Below the pieces are notes generated by a model. That model did not search any database. It had not been told where the DNA came from and saw only the letters and a list, made by a program, of their open reading frames with translations. The position numbers and the translations under genes are program-made. Of a stretch of DNA of 64,000 nucleotides, positions 46,727-60,115 are shown one piece after another (position 1 is the first letter of the stretch; each line of letters starts with the position of its first letter). This DNA comes from Macrostomum hystrix. Taxonomy: Eukaryota > Animalia > Platyhelminthes. The stretch is taken from positions 16,802,001 through 16,866,000 of the forward strand of contig CATNEN010000039.1 in NCBI GenBank assembly GCA_950097015.1, in the 5' to 3' direction.

Positions 46727-47214
46727 TTAAGCAAGCAATCTAAAGTCCTATAATGTGTTTCACAAGCATTTACGTGTGCCTTAATAGTGCAAAACGGCAC
46801 GACAAGACTATTAGCAAGTACATTTCAGGGCTAGTAAAAATTCTGCCTAAATTGTGTTTTGCATAAGCGAGTAATAAATTAATAAAATTATTTCTGTCTG
46901 TTATATGCTGTTATTTTGTCCTGTACAATATACACAGATTTTGTCGTTTCGCTTGTCTAATTATTTCCAATTATTAATATTAACATATTAATTATTAATT
47001 ATTTATCGTATTCGTAATTTTTTACACATAAACATATGGTTTAGTTTGGTGCATTAAATTTGATAACACATGTTCTCTATGAGAGAATGAAAGCAAATAA
47101 ATTACACGACATACTGTGGTACAGTTCTCAAAATACTATAGTTCAAAATTTATATTTTAGCAAATGTCTAGAACTGAGAATTTCAATTCATATCTAATAA
47201 AGAGGTTTTATCAC

Positions 47215-50200
47215 TTTGCAATCAGCTATGAGATTTTGAGACTTTGCTGTCAGTTATGAGACTTTGAGACTTTGCTGTCAGCAATGAGACTTTGAGACTT
47301 TGTTGTCAGCTATGAGACTTTGAGACTTTGCTGTCAGCAATGAGACTTTGAGACTTTGCTGTCAGCAATGAGATTTTGAGACTTTGCTGTCAGTTATGAG
47401 ACTTTGAGACTTTGCTGTCAGCAATGAGACTTTGAGACTTTGTTGTCAGCTATGAGACTTTGAGACTTTGCTGTCAGCTATGAGACTTTGAGACTTTGCT
47501 GTCAGTTATGAGACTTTGAGACTTTGCTGTCAGCTATGAGACTTTGAGACTTTGCTGTCAGTTATGAGATTTTGAGACTTTGCTGTCAGCAATGAGACTT
47601 TGAGACTTTGCTGTCAGCTATGAGACTTTGAGACTTTGCTGTCAGCAATGAGACTTTGAGACTTTGCTGTCAGCAATGAGACTTTGAGACTTTGCTGTCA
47701 GCTATGAGACTTTGAGACTTTGCTGTCAGCAATGAGACTTTGAGACTTTGCTGTCAGCAATGAGACTTTGAGACTTTGCTGTCAGCTATGAGACTTTGAG
47801 ACTTTGCTGTCAGCAATGAGACTTTGAGACTTTGAGACTTTGCTGTCAGCAATGAGACTTTGAGACTTTGCTGTCAGTTATGAGACTTTGAGACTTTGCT
47901 GTCAGCTATGAGACTTTGAGACTTTGCTGTCAGTTATGAGACTTTGAGACTTTGCTGTCAGCTATGAGACTTTGAGACTTTGCTGTCAGTTATGAGACTT
48001 TGAGACTTTGCTGTCAGCTATGAGACTTTGAGACTTTGCTGTCAGCAATGAGACTTTGAGACTTTGCTGTCAGCTATGAGACTTTGAGACTTTGCTGTCA
48101 GCAATGAGACTTTGAGACTTTGAGACTTTGCTGTCAGCAATGAGACTTTGAGACTTTGCTGTCAGTTATGAGACTTTGAGACTTTGCTGTCAGCTATGAG
48201 ACTTTGAGACTTTGCTGTCAGTTATGAGACTTTGAGACTTTGCTGTCAGCTATGAGACTTTGAGACTTTGCTGTCAGTTATGAGACTTTGAGACTTTGCT
48301 GTCAGCTATGAGACTTTGAGACTTTGCTGTCAGTTATGAGACTTTGAGACTTTGCTGTCAGCTATGAGACTTTGAGACTTTGCTGTCAGTTATGAGACTT
48401 TGAGACTTTGCTGTCAGCTATGAGACTTTGAGACTTTGCTGTCAGTTATGAGACTTTGAGACTTTGCTGTCAGCTATGCGACTTTGAGACTTTGCTGTCA
48501 GCTATGAGACTTTGAGACTTTGAGACTTTGCTGTCAGTTATGAGACTTTGAGACTTTGCTGTCAGTTATGAGATTTTGAGACTTTGCTGTCAGTTATGAG
48601 ATTTTGAGACTTTGCTGTCAGCAATGAGACTTTGAGACTTTGCTGTCAGCTATGAGACTTTGAGACTTTGCTGTCAGCAATGAGACTTTGAGACTTTGCT
48701 GTCAGCTATGAGACTTTGAGACTTTGCTGTCAGCAATGAGACTTTGAGACTTTGCTGTCAGCAATGAGACTTTGAGACTTTGCTGTCAGCTATGAGACTT
48801 TGAGACTTTGCTGTCAGCAATGAGACTTTGAGACTTTGAGACTTTGCTGTCAGCAATGAGACTTTGAGACTTTGCTGTCAGTTATGAGACTTTGAGACTT
48901 TGCTGTCAGCTATGAGACTTTGAGACTTTGCTGTCAGTTATGAGACTTTGAGACTTTGCTGTCAGCTATGAGACTTTGAGACTTTGCTGTCAGTTATGAG
49001 ACTTTGAGACTTTGCTGTCAGCTATGAGACTTTGAGACTTTGCTGTCAGCAATGAGACTTTGAGACTTTGCTGTCAGCTATGAGACTTTGAGACTTTGCT
49101 GTCAGCAATGAGACTTTGAGACTTTGAGACTTTGCTGTCAGCAATGAGACTTTGAGACTTTGCTGTCAGCTATGAGACTTTGAGACTTTGCTGTCAGTTA
49201 TGAGACTTTGAGACTTTGCTGTCAGCTATGAGACTTTGAGACTTTGCTGTCAGTTATGAGACTTTGAGACTTTGCTGTCAGCTATGAGACTTTGAGACTT
49301 TGCTGTCAGTTATGAGACTTTGAGACTTTGCTGTCAGCTATGAGACTTTGAGACTTTGCTGTCAGTTATGAGACTTTGAGACTTTGCTGTCAGCTATGAG
49401 ACTTTGAGACTTTGCTGTCAGCAATGAGACTTTGAGACTTTGCTGTCAGCTATGAGACTTTGAGACTTTGCTGTCAGCAATGAGACTTTGAGACTTTGAG
49501 ACTTTGCTGTCAGCAATGAGACTTTGAGACTTTGCTGTCAGCTATGAGACTTTGAGACTTTGCTGTCAGTTATGAGACTTTGAGACTTTACTGTCAGCAA
49601 TGAGACTTTGAGACTTTGCTGTCAGTTATGAGACTTTGAGACTTTGCTGTCAGCTATGAGACTTTGAGACTTTGCTGTCAGTTATGAGACTTTGAGACTT
49701 TGCTGTCAGCTATGAGACTTTGAGACTTTGCTGTCAGTTATGAGACTTTGAGACTTTGCTGTCAGTTATGAGACTTTGAGACTTTGCTGTCAGTTATGAG
49801 ATTTTGAGACTTTGCTGTCAGTTATGAGATTTTGAGACTTTGCTGTCAGCAATGAGACTTTGAGACTTTGCTGTCAGCTATGAGACTTTGAGACTTTGCT
49901 GTCAGCAATGAGGCTTTGAGACTTTGCTGTCAGCTATGAGACTTTGAGACTTTGCTGTCAGCAATGAGACTTTGAGACTTTGCTGTCAGCAATGAGACTT
50001 TGAGACTTTGCTGTCAGCTATGAGACTTTGAGACTTTGCTGTCAGTTATGAGACTTTGAGACTTTGAGACTTTGCTGTCAGCAATGAGACTTTGAGACTT
50101 TGCTGTCAGCAATGAGACTTTGAGACTTTGCTGTCAGCTATGAGACTTTGAGACTTTGCTGTCAGTTATGAGACTTTGAGACTTTGTTGTCAGCAATGAG

Positions 50201-50570
50201 ACTTTGAGACTTTGCTGTCAGCAATGAGACTTTGAGACTTTGCTGTCAGCAATGAGACTTTGAGACTTTGCTGTCAGCAATGAGATTTTGAGACTTTGCT
50301 GTCAGCTATGAGATTTTGAGACTTTGCTGTCAGCAATGAGATTTTGAGACTTTGCTGTCAGTTATGAGACTTTGAGACTTTGCTGTCAGCAATGAGACTT
50401 TGAGACTTTGTTGTCAGCTATGAGACTTTGAGACTTTGCTGTCAGCTATGAGACTTTGAGACTTTGCTGTCAGTTATGAGACTTTGAGACTTTGCTGTCA
50501 GCTATGAGACTTCGAGACTTTACTGTCAGCAATGAGACTTTGAGACTTTGCTGTCAGCTATGTGATTTTG
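47215..50570. repeat. Minisatellite, 28-bp unit gagactttgagactttgctgtcag(cta/tta/caa)t
   Basis: Tandem copies built on an internal 8-bp subrepeat. Confidence 0.96.
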
Positions 50571-50989
50571 AGAATTCACAATCAGGTATGAGATTTTGAG
50601 ACCAATTGTTAGCTCTGAGATTTTGAAAGTACATAGTCAGTGAAGGGAATTTTTGGTATCTTTGGTCAGACCTAGAGTTGCCTTTTAGATAGAGGCTGTG
50701 CTCATTATCTCATATTCAGAGCTTTTAGCTAACCATTGTTTAAAACCGCCCTGTTTTAAAAAACTTTTTTTAAAGTTTTCTAGAAATAAAATGCTAAAAT
50801 TCCTGTTCGATCTAATTGTTCTCTGTTTTCCACCGGTGTTTTAACTTTTTAGCTAGTTCAGATACTTTCTAGAAACATGTCACTTTTTTCAAATTCAGAT
50901 ATAACTTATAATCATGATAACTTTTGTCGGTTAAAGCTACAGAATCACAGCTGGAATCGTAGCAAAAAAATCTCAGCTACTCGTAGAAT

Positions 50990-51420
50990 CGTATAATCAT
51001 AGCAAGGAATCGCAGCTAGAATGATAGCAAGGAATCGCAGCTAGAATCGTAGCAAAGAATCGAAGTTGGAATCGCAGCTAGAATCATAGCAAGGAATCGC
51101 AGCTAGAATCGTAGCAAGGAATCGCAGCTAGAATCGTAGCAAGGAATCGAAGTTGGATTCGCAGCTAGAATCGTCGCAAGGAATCGAAGTTGGAATCGCA
51201 GCTAGAATCATAGCAAGGAATCGCAGCTAGAATCGTAGCAATGAATCGAAGTTGGATTCGCAGCTAGAATCGTCGCAAGGAATCGAAGTTGGAATCGCAG
51301 CTAGAATCATAGCAAGGAATCGCAGCTAGAATCGTAGCAAGGAATCGCAGCTAGAATCGTAGCAATGAATCGAAGTTGGATTCGCAGCTAGAATCGTAGC
51401 AAGGAATCGCAGCCAAAATC
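50990..51420. repeat. Minisatellite, ~25-bp unit gaatcgcagctagaatcgtagcaag
   Basis: Tandem copies. Confidence 0.9.
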
Positions 51421-51914
51421 GGCAGTTCCTTCAAAAACTGTTTTACCGCAGGTAAGACCATCTTAAACTAACAAACTTTTTTGTTGCAAATAATAAAGCC
51501 GATCTATTGTGAAGAAAGAGAAACATATCACTTTACCTAGCGATATTTTTGCATAGCAACTGCAGCAGTAACTGGTATATCGTCACTGGCCAAATATGAT
51601 CTAGAACGAGGTTTAACTTCTAGCCACTTAGCTTTACGTCCAAAAAAATTAGCGCAGCAGGCTTGACAATAAAAAACAGCTGTTCTTCGAAGACCGTTTT
51701 GTCTTCGCCATCATCAAATATCCTGGACTTAAAACTTTTCAATCTATCTATCTATCTATGCTGGGTCAGCGAGCAAAGTACTTTTTTATTATTGTTACTG
51801 TTTAACTTTAAAAAAAGCCAAATAGGTTATTGTTAAAATAATTTTATCTAGTTCAATTTTTTCTAAAGAACATCGATTTATTAATCAATCCATTATTATC
51901 GAATGTTCCTTGAC

Positions 51915-52760
51915 ACTAGATTAGCAATCCAATCTTATCCCATCATTGACTAGATTAGCAATCTAATCTTATCCCATCATTGACTAGATTAGCAATCTAA
52001 TCTTATCCCATCATTGACTAGATTAGCAATCTAATCTTATCTCATTATTGACTAGATTAGCAATCCAATCTTATCCCATCATTGACTAGATTAGCAATCT
52101 AATCTTATCCCACCATTGACTAGATTAGCAATCTAATCTTATCTCATTATTGACTAGATTAGCAATCCAATCTTATCCCATCATTGACTAGATTAGCAAT
52201 CTAATCTTATCCCATCATTGACTAGATTAGCAATCTAATCTTATCTCATTATTGACTAGATTAGCAATCCAATCTTATCCCATCATTGACTAGATTAGCA
52301 ATCTAATCTTATCTCATTATTGACTAGATTAGCAATCCAATCTTATCCCATCATTGACTAGATTAGCAATCTAATCTTATCCCATCATTGACTAGATTAG
52401 CAATCTAATCTTATCCCATCATTGACTAGATTAGCAATCTAATCTTATCTCATTATTGACTAGATTAGCAATCCAATCTTATCCCATCATTGACTAGATT
52501 AGCAATCTAATCTTATCCCATCATTGACTAGATTTGCAATGCATTCTTATCCCATCATTGACTAGATTTGCAATGCATTCTTATCCCATCATTGACTAGA
52601 TTTGCAATGCATTCTGATGCCATCATTGACTAGATTTGCAATCCATTCTTATCCCATCATTGACTAGATTTGCCATCCATTCTTATCCCATCATTGACTA
52701 GATTAGCAATGCAATATTATCTCATCATTGACTATATTAGCAATCCATTCTGATGCCATC
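51915..52760. repeat. Minisatellite, 34-bp unit gactagattagcaatctaatcttatcccatcatt
   Basis: Tandem copies; the unit contains the hairpin tagatt-agc-aatcta. Confidence 0.95.
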
Positions 52761-53428
52761 ACAGGTAAGATAGAGAATTGAGAGTTAAACAACGTTTTGG
52801 TTTTAGATGAATAGATTTTGTGTGTACTTTGAGACCTCTCATTTACTTTCATTTCAATTTCGCATTCATCAGTGACACAATGGCTTTTTGGAAGCGATCT
52901 TTTCTGATTTGAATTGTGAAAAATATCAGGTCCTCTGCAAGTCCTCGGCAGCCGTGTAGAGGAGAAGCTGGCGCAGTGGCTTCTTGTCTTCGATGTTCGC
53001 CGCAACGGCAAACTGGGCGAGCTTCGTGTGGGCTGAGCTTGGGTCTGAGTCCAATTGTTACGGTGTGGGTGTGCTGAGCTGCGACGCCATTGTAGTGCAC
53101 TTCTTTACTAGTGAGACGTGTGTATTTGACTACATACGAGCTGGATGGACGCCGGCAACGTGCGGCCAAAGCGTTACATTATCGCATGCATAGGGCGTAC
53201 ACACACTTAGGCGGAGAGGGGTGGAGAGAGTGCACGGAGCCCTACAAATAATATAATATACTTTTGATTCAAAACGATAGGTTAGGATACTGGCAGTAAA
53301 CAGATTGGATACGGACTGTAAACAGAGGCTGCAGCAGTAGGCTAAACATGTTATTAGTGCCGAAAACGATTGTAAGAAATTAAAAAACGGAATATAAAAA
53401 TCGCTAGGTGCTGCTTTAGTTTGTATTG

Positions 53429-56400
53429 TCAATTTAGGGGCCTCCGAACGGCACTGTACATAACGCAGATATTGTACAGCATGTCAACAATTTCAACAAG
53501 GCAAACAAATGTCAAGCCAATCCAAATAGACAGTAGGCCGCCAATTTGACTAAGCAGCGACGTCAATGTGATGACCGCTTTCTCCTCGATGAGCTCGATG
53601 TCAAAGTTGGATTTTCCGCGGTTGATAAGGATCTCAACAAAGTTGCGCTCGATGTAATTGCGCAATTGGCGCTCAGCTTCGCCAGGATTCGCGGCTCGCC
53701 TCAATGGTCCGTAGATCCGCTCTAGCCGCTGGTAGACCGGCTCCAAGTAGGATGAGTTGCGAGACATCCTGCCAGCTCTATACAGGTTGTTGATGCGATC
53801 GCGGAGTGCTCGGAAATCGTCGACAATCTCGTAAAGATACTCTCTGGTTGGCCAGTCCGTTGTGCTGATGGTGGTGGAGTACGTGTAGAATACGCAGGGC
53901 GTGAAGCAGCGGTGCCTGTTGGAGTATCCGGCCGCCTTGAAGATGGCCGTGTTGCACGCCAGCCGACGGAGAAAGTCGTCAAACTCGGCGTCGTCAACAA
54001 AGCTGGGCAGTTTTCGATGACTGGCCAGATTGTCTGACGCGTTCGACGAATGATTGCAGCGCTGCTCGATGTCCGACTGGCTCAGCGAGAACTGGCTTCG
54101 GGGTATGCGGCCACAGAAGTCCAAGCCGGTGTTCAACATGGTGTCCGGCAGGGGTATGGTACTGTCGAGGCAGCCGCAGCTCTTCATGATCTCCTGGTGC
54201 AACAGCTGCGGCGATGCGGACCGACGGACGGGCAGAGAAAAGGGAGCGATAAGCGAAATCGAAATCTGCCAAAATCCCAATCAACCAAAATCCCAATCTA
54301 CCAAAATACCCATCTACCAAAATTCCAATCTACCAAAATCCCAATCTACCAAAATCCCAATCTACCAAAATCCCAATCTACCAAAATCCCAATCTACCAA
54401 AATTCCAATCTACCAAAATCCCAATCTACCAAAATCCCAATCTACCAAAATCCCAATCTACCAAAATCCCAATCTACCAAAATACCCATCTACCAAAATC
54501 CCAATCTACCAAAATCCCAATCTACCAAAATCCCAATCTACCAAAATACCCATCTACTAAAATTCCAATCTGCCAAAATCCCATTCTACAAAAATTCCAA
54601 TCTGCCAAAATCCCAATCTGCCAAAATCCCAATCTACCAAAATCCCAATCTACCAAAATACCCATCTACCAAAATCCCAATCTACCAAAATTCCAATCTA
54701 CCAAAATCCCAATCTACCAAAATCCCAATCTACCAAAATACCCATCTACCAAAATCCCAATCTACCAAAATCCCAATCTACCAAAATCCCAATCTACCAA
54801 AATACCCATCTACTAAAATTCCAATCTGCCAAAATCCCATTCTACAAAAATTCCAATCTGCCAAAATCCCAATCTGCCAAAATCCCAATCTACCAAAATC
54901 CCAATCTACCAAAATACCCATCTACCAAAATCCCAATCTACCAAAATTCCAATCTACCAAAATCCCAATCTACCAAAATCCCAATCTACCAAAATCCCAA
55001 TCTACCAAAATCCCAATCTACCAAAATACCCATCTACCAAAATCCCAATCTACCAAAATCCCATTCTACCAAAATCCCAATCTACCAAAATACCCATCTA
55101 CCAAAATCCCAATCTACCAAAATCCCAATCTACCAAAATCCCAATCTACCAAAATACCCATCTACTAAAATTCCAATCTGCCAAAATCCCATTCTACAAA
55201 AATTCCAATCTGCCAAAATCCCAATCTGCCAAAATCCCAATCTACTAAAATTCCAATCTACCAAAATCCCATTCTACCAAAATACCAATCAACCAAAATT
55301 GCATTCTCACCTTATCTAATCCCGAATCGTTAATTCCATAAGCCCCTCTCCTACCAAATGCCATTATCCAGAGAATTTTCACCAATCTCAAGACAGATGT
55401 GATGCCTCAAAGACAAACATACCCAAAATTTCATTGTTCAGACACTAAGAACTTTTTTTATTGAGAAAATAAACTTAATTTGAATTGTCAAAAGTGACAG
55501 CCGCATGAAGGAGTTTGATTGTCAAGTGGGACTTTAGTTTAGTTGCTGACACCAAACTTGTCTTTAGGTGCCAATCAATCAATGCCATGAGACACTGTCG
55601 AGAAGCGGCACTATTTTATATTGCTGCAGCTGTCAAAGGGCCACACGAACTGTTTATGGCTTACAAGTTCGTCAATGTCACAAGTTACGCTGGACTATAC
55701 TTTCCACTGAAAACTAATGGCACTGACTTAGCCAGGTGCCGACATTCCCTATGTGATAATCTCCCAAACTAAACAGATAGGAATAGAATAGAAGCGAATG
55801 TAAGGAGTTGTAAAGACGGGACACACAAAGCACTTAAGTGTGTGTAAACTTGTTGCTAGGCAAATGGAACGAGCTATAATAGCTAAAATATGGAATTTGA
55901 TAAAATGGAGAATTTTATCGTTGCTCTTTTGTACTGGAAGACATTCAAGTATTCCGAGAATTACTGTCAATTGTCAATTTTGAGTCCCTAACACAACTCA
56001 ATAGACTAAAACAACTGATTGAATCTCAAATTCGCTAAAAGGAATCTAAAGTCAATTTGAAGGCTGAAGTTCTCGAACAAAGGGGTCGGTCATGGCAGGG
56101 TTGGTTCCGTGGCTCTCGCACCAAGGTCCCTGAGCTCGATTCCGTTGCGAGTCCACATTCATTTGGGGTGCAGCCGCGGAGAGGTGGCTTGTTGTGCAAT
56201 TTTCGACCAGTGAAAGTGTACACTGCCTGACGATGAAAAAGTCAGAGGCAGATGTACATGTATTAACTTCTCCCTGGTTTCTCATTTCACGCGCCCTCTT
56301 AATGTACTCTCTCCTCTCTCCCCTGCCTGTTCAATTTATTTATTAGCCTTATCTTCTCTCTCGGCTCTGATTGGCTCTCACCTCGTCTCTCTTTCCTTCC

Positions 56401-59315
56401 CCTGCGTTTCATCTCTTACCTCTGGCCAGTCCGCGCACATGTTACCCTTCTAACCAACCCCCCTTCCATATCGCTCTGTTAAACTTAAATACTCGTATAT
56501 TTTGACTCTCGGCCTGAATTGGCTCACTGCCGTATGAACGGGCTCTTACTGCGTGGACTCAATTTGTTGCTTAAGAAATCGTTACAGTACACACTTGTGT
56601 TAGTGTGAGCCTGCGTACAGTATCTGTGAGCGTGTGTGCTCAGGAGTCAGCGAAATGGGCAGAATTTGCCTCCTCGCTAGCTAGTGTCACCGAATGGTGT
56701 GCCATTGCCCGCAGCCCGCGGGAAATTATTATTAAAATTACCTTCTTCTTGCAGGCCTGGTAGCTGTAGGTGAAGTTGTTACCGTTGAACATCACGGACG
56801 TCGGCACCGTCCTCGAACAGCGTCCATGCGGCTCCTCCTTCATGAGCCACTTCTTCGTGTCGAAGCGAATCTCCGTCAGGCTGCCGGGCCGGATGTTCAG
56901 GCCCTCCTCCTGAACCTCTGGATAATTGCCAGCGTTATGCAGCTGAACTCTCAGGCCTGACACCTGGGTAGCTGGGAAGCTGCTACAGTCCGGACAATGA
57001 CTGAGATTCCTCTCGTTCGTGTAAGCCATGATTCGAATGGTTAAAATCTTCTTCGTGTTATTCGAATCAGCGGTGAATGTGTAACAATTTAGAAACTTGT
57101 CGTCGTAGGTTCGAGTCCATGTACCGATTAACTCACAGAATTTCGACCTTTTGAAGTCTTTATCGAGGACTGTGGCCTCGCACAGTAGTACAGTCTCGTC
57201 CAGAGTGTGACCAAGGCGGGCAACATCAAAACCAATCGGGACATTCTCAAAGAAGCCCTTCGCCTCCAAGATTGTACTGATGGCCTCTTTAATAGTGTCG
57301 TTGAATCCAATTTTCTTAGCCGTATTTCGCATCGCCATCGTGACAAACAGGCTGTAGTTCTTCGGTAGAACGAGGCCGGCATCCCGGATGTACTGAATCC
57401 CAGCCTGGGAAAATGGCCGAGTGTTGCAAACTGTAAACGACGGAAACTGTACCGGACGATTTCTCACCGTCTTCGGCTGATGAATGACGTCGTAGGCCAG
57501 GTACTGTTTGATGATGAGGCCCAGACAGGTGACGCAGCCAAGAAAGAAGGCGAATGTGAAAATGGCCCAAATTTGCCGCAGAAGACGGTCTGGGGTCTTC
57601 ACAATCTTTGGCACTCCGCGCAGCGACGTTGTCTGGCAATAGTTCACAAAATTGTGGCGCACAATGCTTAGCAGGCTGTTGAAGTTCTCCGATTGCAATG
57701 TTTCTCCAGAGAGTAGCTGCTGCTCCTGCTGCTGCTGCTGCTGACAATGCACTACTGATTTCTGTGACAACGTAGTTTGATGAACCCATGGATTCGTATG
57801 CTGAAAAGTCTGATCAGTGGCATCGTCCGTCTGCTGCTGCTGCTGTTCCTGCTGAGGAAAATTGGCGTTCACTTGGACATCTCCGACTAGAGGTATCTGC
57901 TTCTTGTTCGGCTTTTGAAGTAGACTGTCTATAAAATTGGAAGATTATAAAGAAATATCTGAAGTCTACGTCTTATCTATTTACAGTAATATACTTCTTA
58001 TCTTTTTGCAGTCTATTTCTAATCTATCTGCAGTTTTCGTTTCATATATCTGCAGTCTTCTTCTAATCTATCGGCAGTCTATTTCTAATCTATCGGCAGT
58101 CTACTTCTAATCTATCGGTAGTCTATTTCTAATCTATCGGCAGTCTACTTCTAATCTATCGGCAGTCTATTTCTAATCTATCGGCAGTCTACTTCTAATC
58201 TATCGGCAGTCTATTTCTAATCTAACTGCAGTCTATTTCTAATCTACCTGCAGTCTACTTCTAATCTACCTGCAGTCTATTTCTAGTCTATCTGCAGTCT
58301 ATTTCTAATCTACCTGCAGTCTATTTCTAATCTACCTGCAGTCTACTTCTAATCTATCGGCAGTCTACTTCTAATCTATCTGCAGTCTATTTCTAATCTA
58401 CCTGCAGTCTACTTCTAATCTACCTGCAGTCTATTTCTAATCTACCGGCAGTCTACTTCTAATCTATCTGCGGTTTATTTCTAATCTACCTGCAGTCTAT
58501 TTCTCATCTATCGGCAGTCTATTTCTAATCTACCTGCAGTCTATTTCTAATCTATCGGCAGTCTATTTCTAATCTATCTGCAGTCTATTTCTAATCTACC
58601 TGCAGTCTATTTCTAATCTATCTGCAGTCTACTTCTAATCTACATGCAGTCTATTTCTAATCTATCGGCAGTCTATTTCTAATATACCTGCAGTCTATTT
58701 CTAATCTACCTGCAGTCTATTTCTAATCTACCTGCAGTCTACTTCTAATCTACCTGCAGTCTATTTCTAATCTACCGGCAGTCTACTTCTAATCTATCTG
58801 CGGTTTATTTCTAATCTACCTGCAGTCTATTTCTCATCTATCGGCAGTCTATTTCTAATCTACCTGCAGTCTATTTCTAATCTATCGGCAGTCTATTTCT
58901 AATCTATCTGCAGTCTATTTCTAATCTACCTGCAGTCTATTTCTAATCTATCTGCAGTCTACTTCTAATCTACATGCAGTCTATTTCTAATCTATCGGCA
59001 GTCTATTTCTAATATACCTGCAGTCTATTTCTAATCTACCTGCAGTCTATTTCTAATCTACCTGCAGTCTATTTCTAATCTATCGGCAGTCTATTTCTAA
59101 TCTATCGGCAGTCTACTTCTCAGATCTGGAAGTTTATTTACAGCAGCGCTTTTCGAGACACTCAGATAAGCTCAAATTTATCAAAAAACATTTGCGAGAA
59201 ATTAGGGAAAATATCCCAGGCAAATGTGCCGGCACTTACTAGCTGTCGTATCAATCATATCGTATTTCAGCAGAACGTTGGAAATTTTTCCTAATGACTC
59301 TGGATTTGAATTCAT
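53429..59315 (-). CDS. DEG/ENaC (ASIC/FaNaC-like) channel; exons 59315-59240 (tentative), 57928-56742, 54205-53429 (~680 aa)
   Basis: TTSLRGVPKI, TM1, FPSFTVCN, NCYTF, GLRVQLH, ACKKK|LLHQEIMKSCGC, TM2 LLSQIGGLLSIWIGLTFVCLVEIVD. Exon phases are consistent (1, then 0). Confidence 0.88.
54265..55300. repeat. Minisatellite, 16-bp unit ctaccaaaatcccaat, in the DEG/ENaC intron
   Basis: Direct tandem copies. Confidence 0.95.
56080..56735 (+). mobile_element. SINE family A copy, interrupted by a solo LTR
   Basis: Collinear with 61935-62295 apart from the 56259-56586 insert. Confidence 0.8.
56259..56586. mobile_element. Solo LTR (328 bp, TGTA...TACA), 5-bp TSD GTACA
   Basis: TSD at 56254-56258 and 56587-56591; the empty site gatgtacacacc is seen in the other SINE copies. 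Confidence 0.8.
58005..59120. repeat. Minisatellite, 22-bp unit gcagtctatttctaatctacct
   Basis: Tandem copies, in the putative first intron of the channel gene. Confidence 0.95.
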
Positions 59316-59733
59316 GGACTCCTCCGAGTTTGACGAAAGGTTTCTATCGAGAACGATTAATGGCTCCGCAACTATAACCAACGAAGCAAGCAACACAGAC
59401 TATTTGTACTCGCATATTCCAAGACCCGCTAAACACCCCATGTGGGCTGGCATTGGCCAACATACCTTCGCCCTATCCTGGCTCATAATAGCCACCACTC
59501 ATAAGGTACCCGTCTGTTAGTGACGCTGTTACAGGTCCTGAACCCCGGTGTCCATAGTGTCCCAACAGACACCTCAGCATAGTGTCCCTAAAGACACCTC
59601 AGCATCCTTGCTCAGCATCCGTGCTCAGTGTCCTTGCTCAGCATCCGTGCTCAGTGTCCTTGTTCTGAGGGCCTCGGACACATGATTTGGAGCTTCGATT
59701 CCCTACTCCACCGGAACAATTTGTGTCCCTTAG

Positions 59734-60115
59734 TAATAATAATTATATTGATAATAATGATAATAATAATGGTATTAATAATTGCATGAGCTGTGGGCAA
59801 AGTCACATCATTTAGTAACAACGAGGAGGCAATTCTGCCCATTTCGCTGACTCCTGAGCACATACGCACACTAATACAGTTCGTAGGCACACACTCACAC
59901 AGGTGTGTACATCTGCCCTGACTTTCTCATCGTCAGCTAGTGTACACTTTCACTGTGCCTTGGAGGTTGGCCCTCAAGGGCGTAAATTGCACGACAAGCC
60001 CCCAAGCCTTCTCTCCGCGGCTGCGCCCCAAATGAATGTGGTCTCGCCGCGGAATCGAACTTAGGGACCTTGGCGCAAGAGGCAAACGCGTTAACCGCTC
60101 TGCCACCAACCCCCC
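59734..60115 (-). mobile_element. SINE family A copy inserted into a family B SINE
   Basis: TSD tttgt(g/t)tcccttag at 59720-59733 and 60116-60129; A/B boxes at the 5' end; (ATT)n tail. Confidence 0.82.

Noticed and set aside
52703-53432. Extra coding exon or small gene 3' of the DEG/ENaC stop
   Set aside because: Moderately GC-rich with short ORFs, but I could not find a convincing in-phase donor/acceptor pair or motif. RNA-seq is needed.
33197-55168. Long ORFs in repeats (e.g. 39811-41139, 39896-41149, 38733-39587, 45300-46106, 54050-55168)
   Set aside because: They are stop-free frames of minisatellites giving periodic translations; several lie in introns or antisense to real genes.
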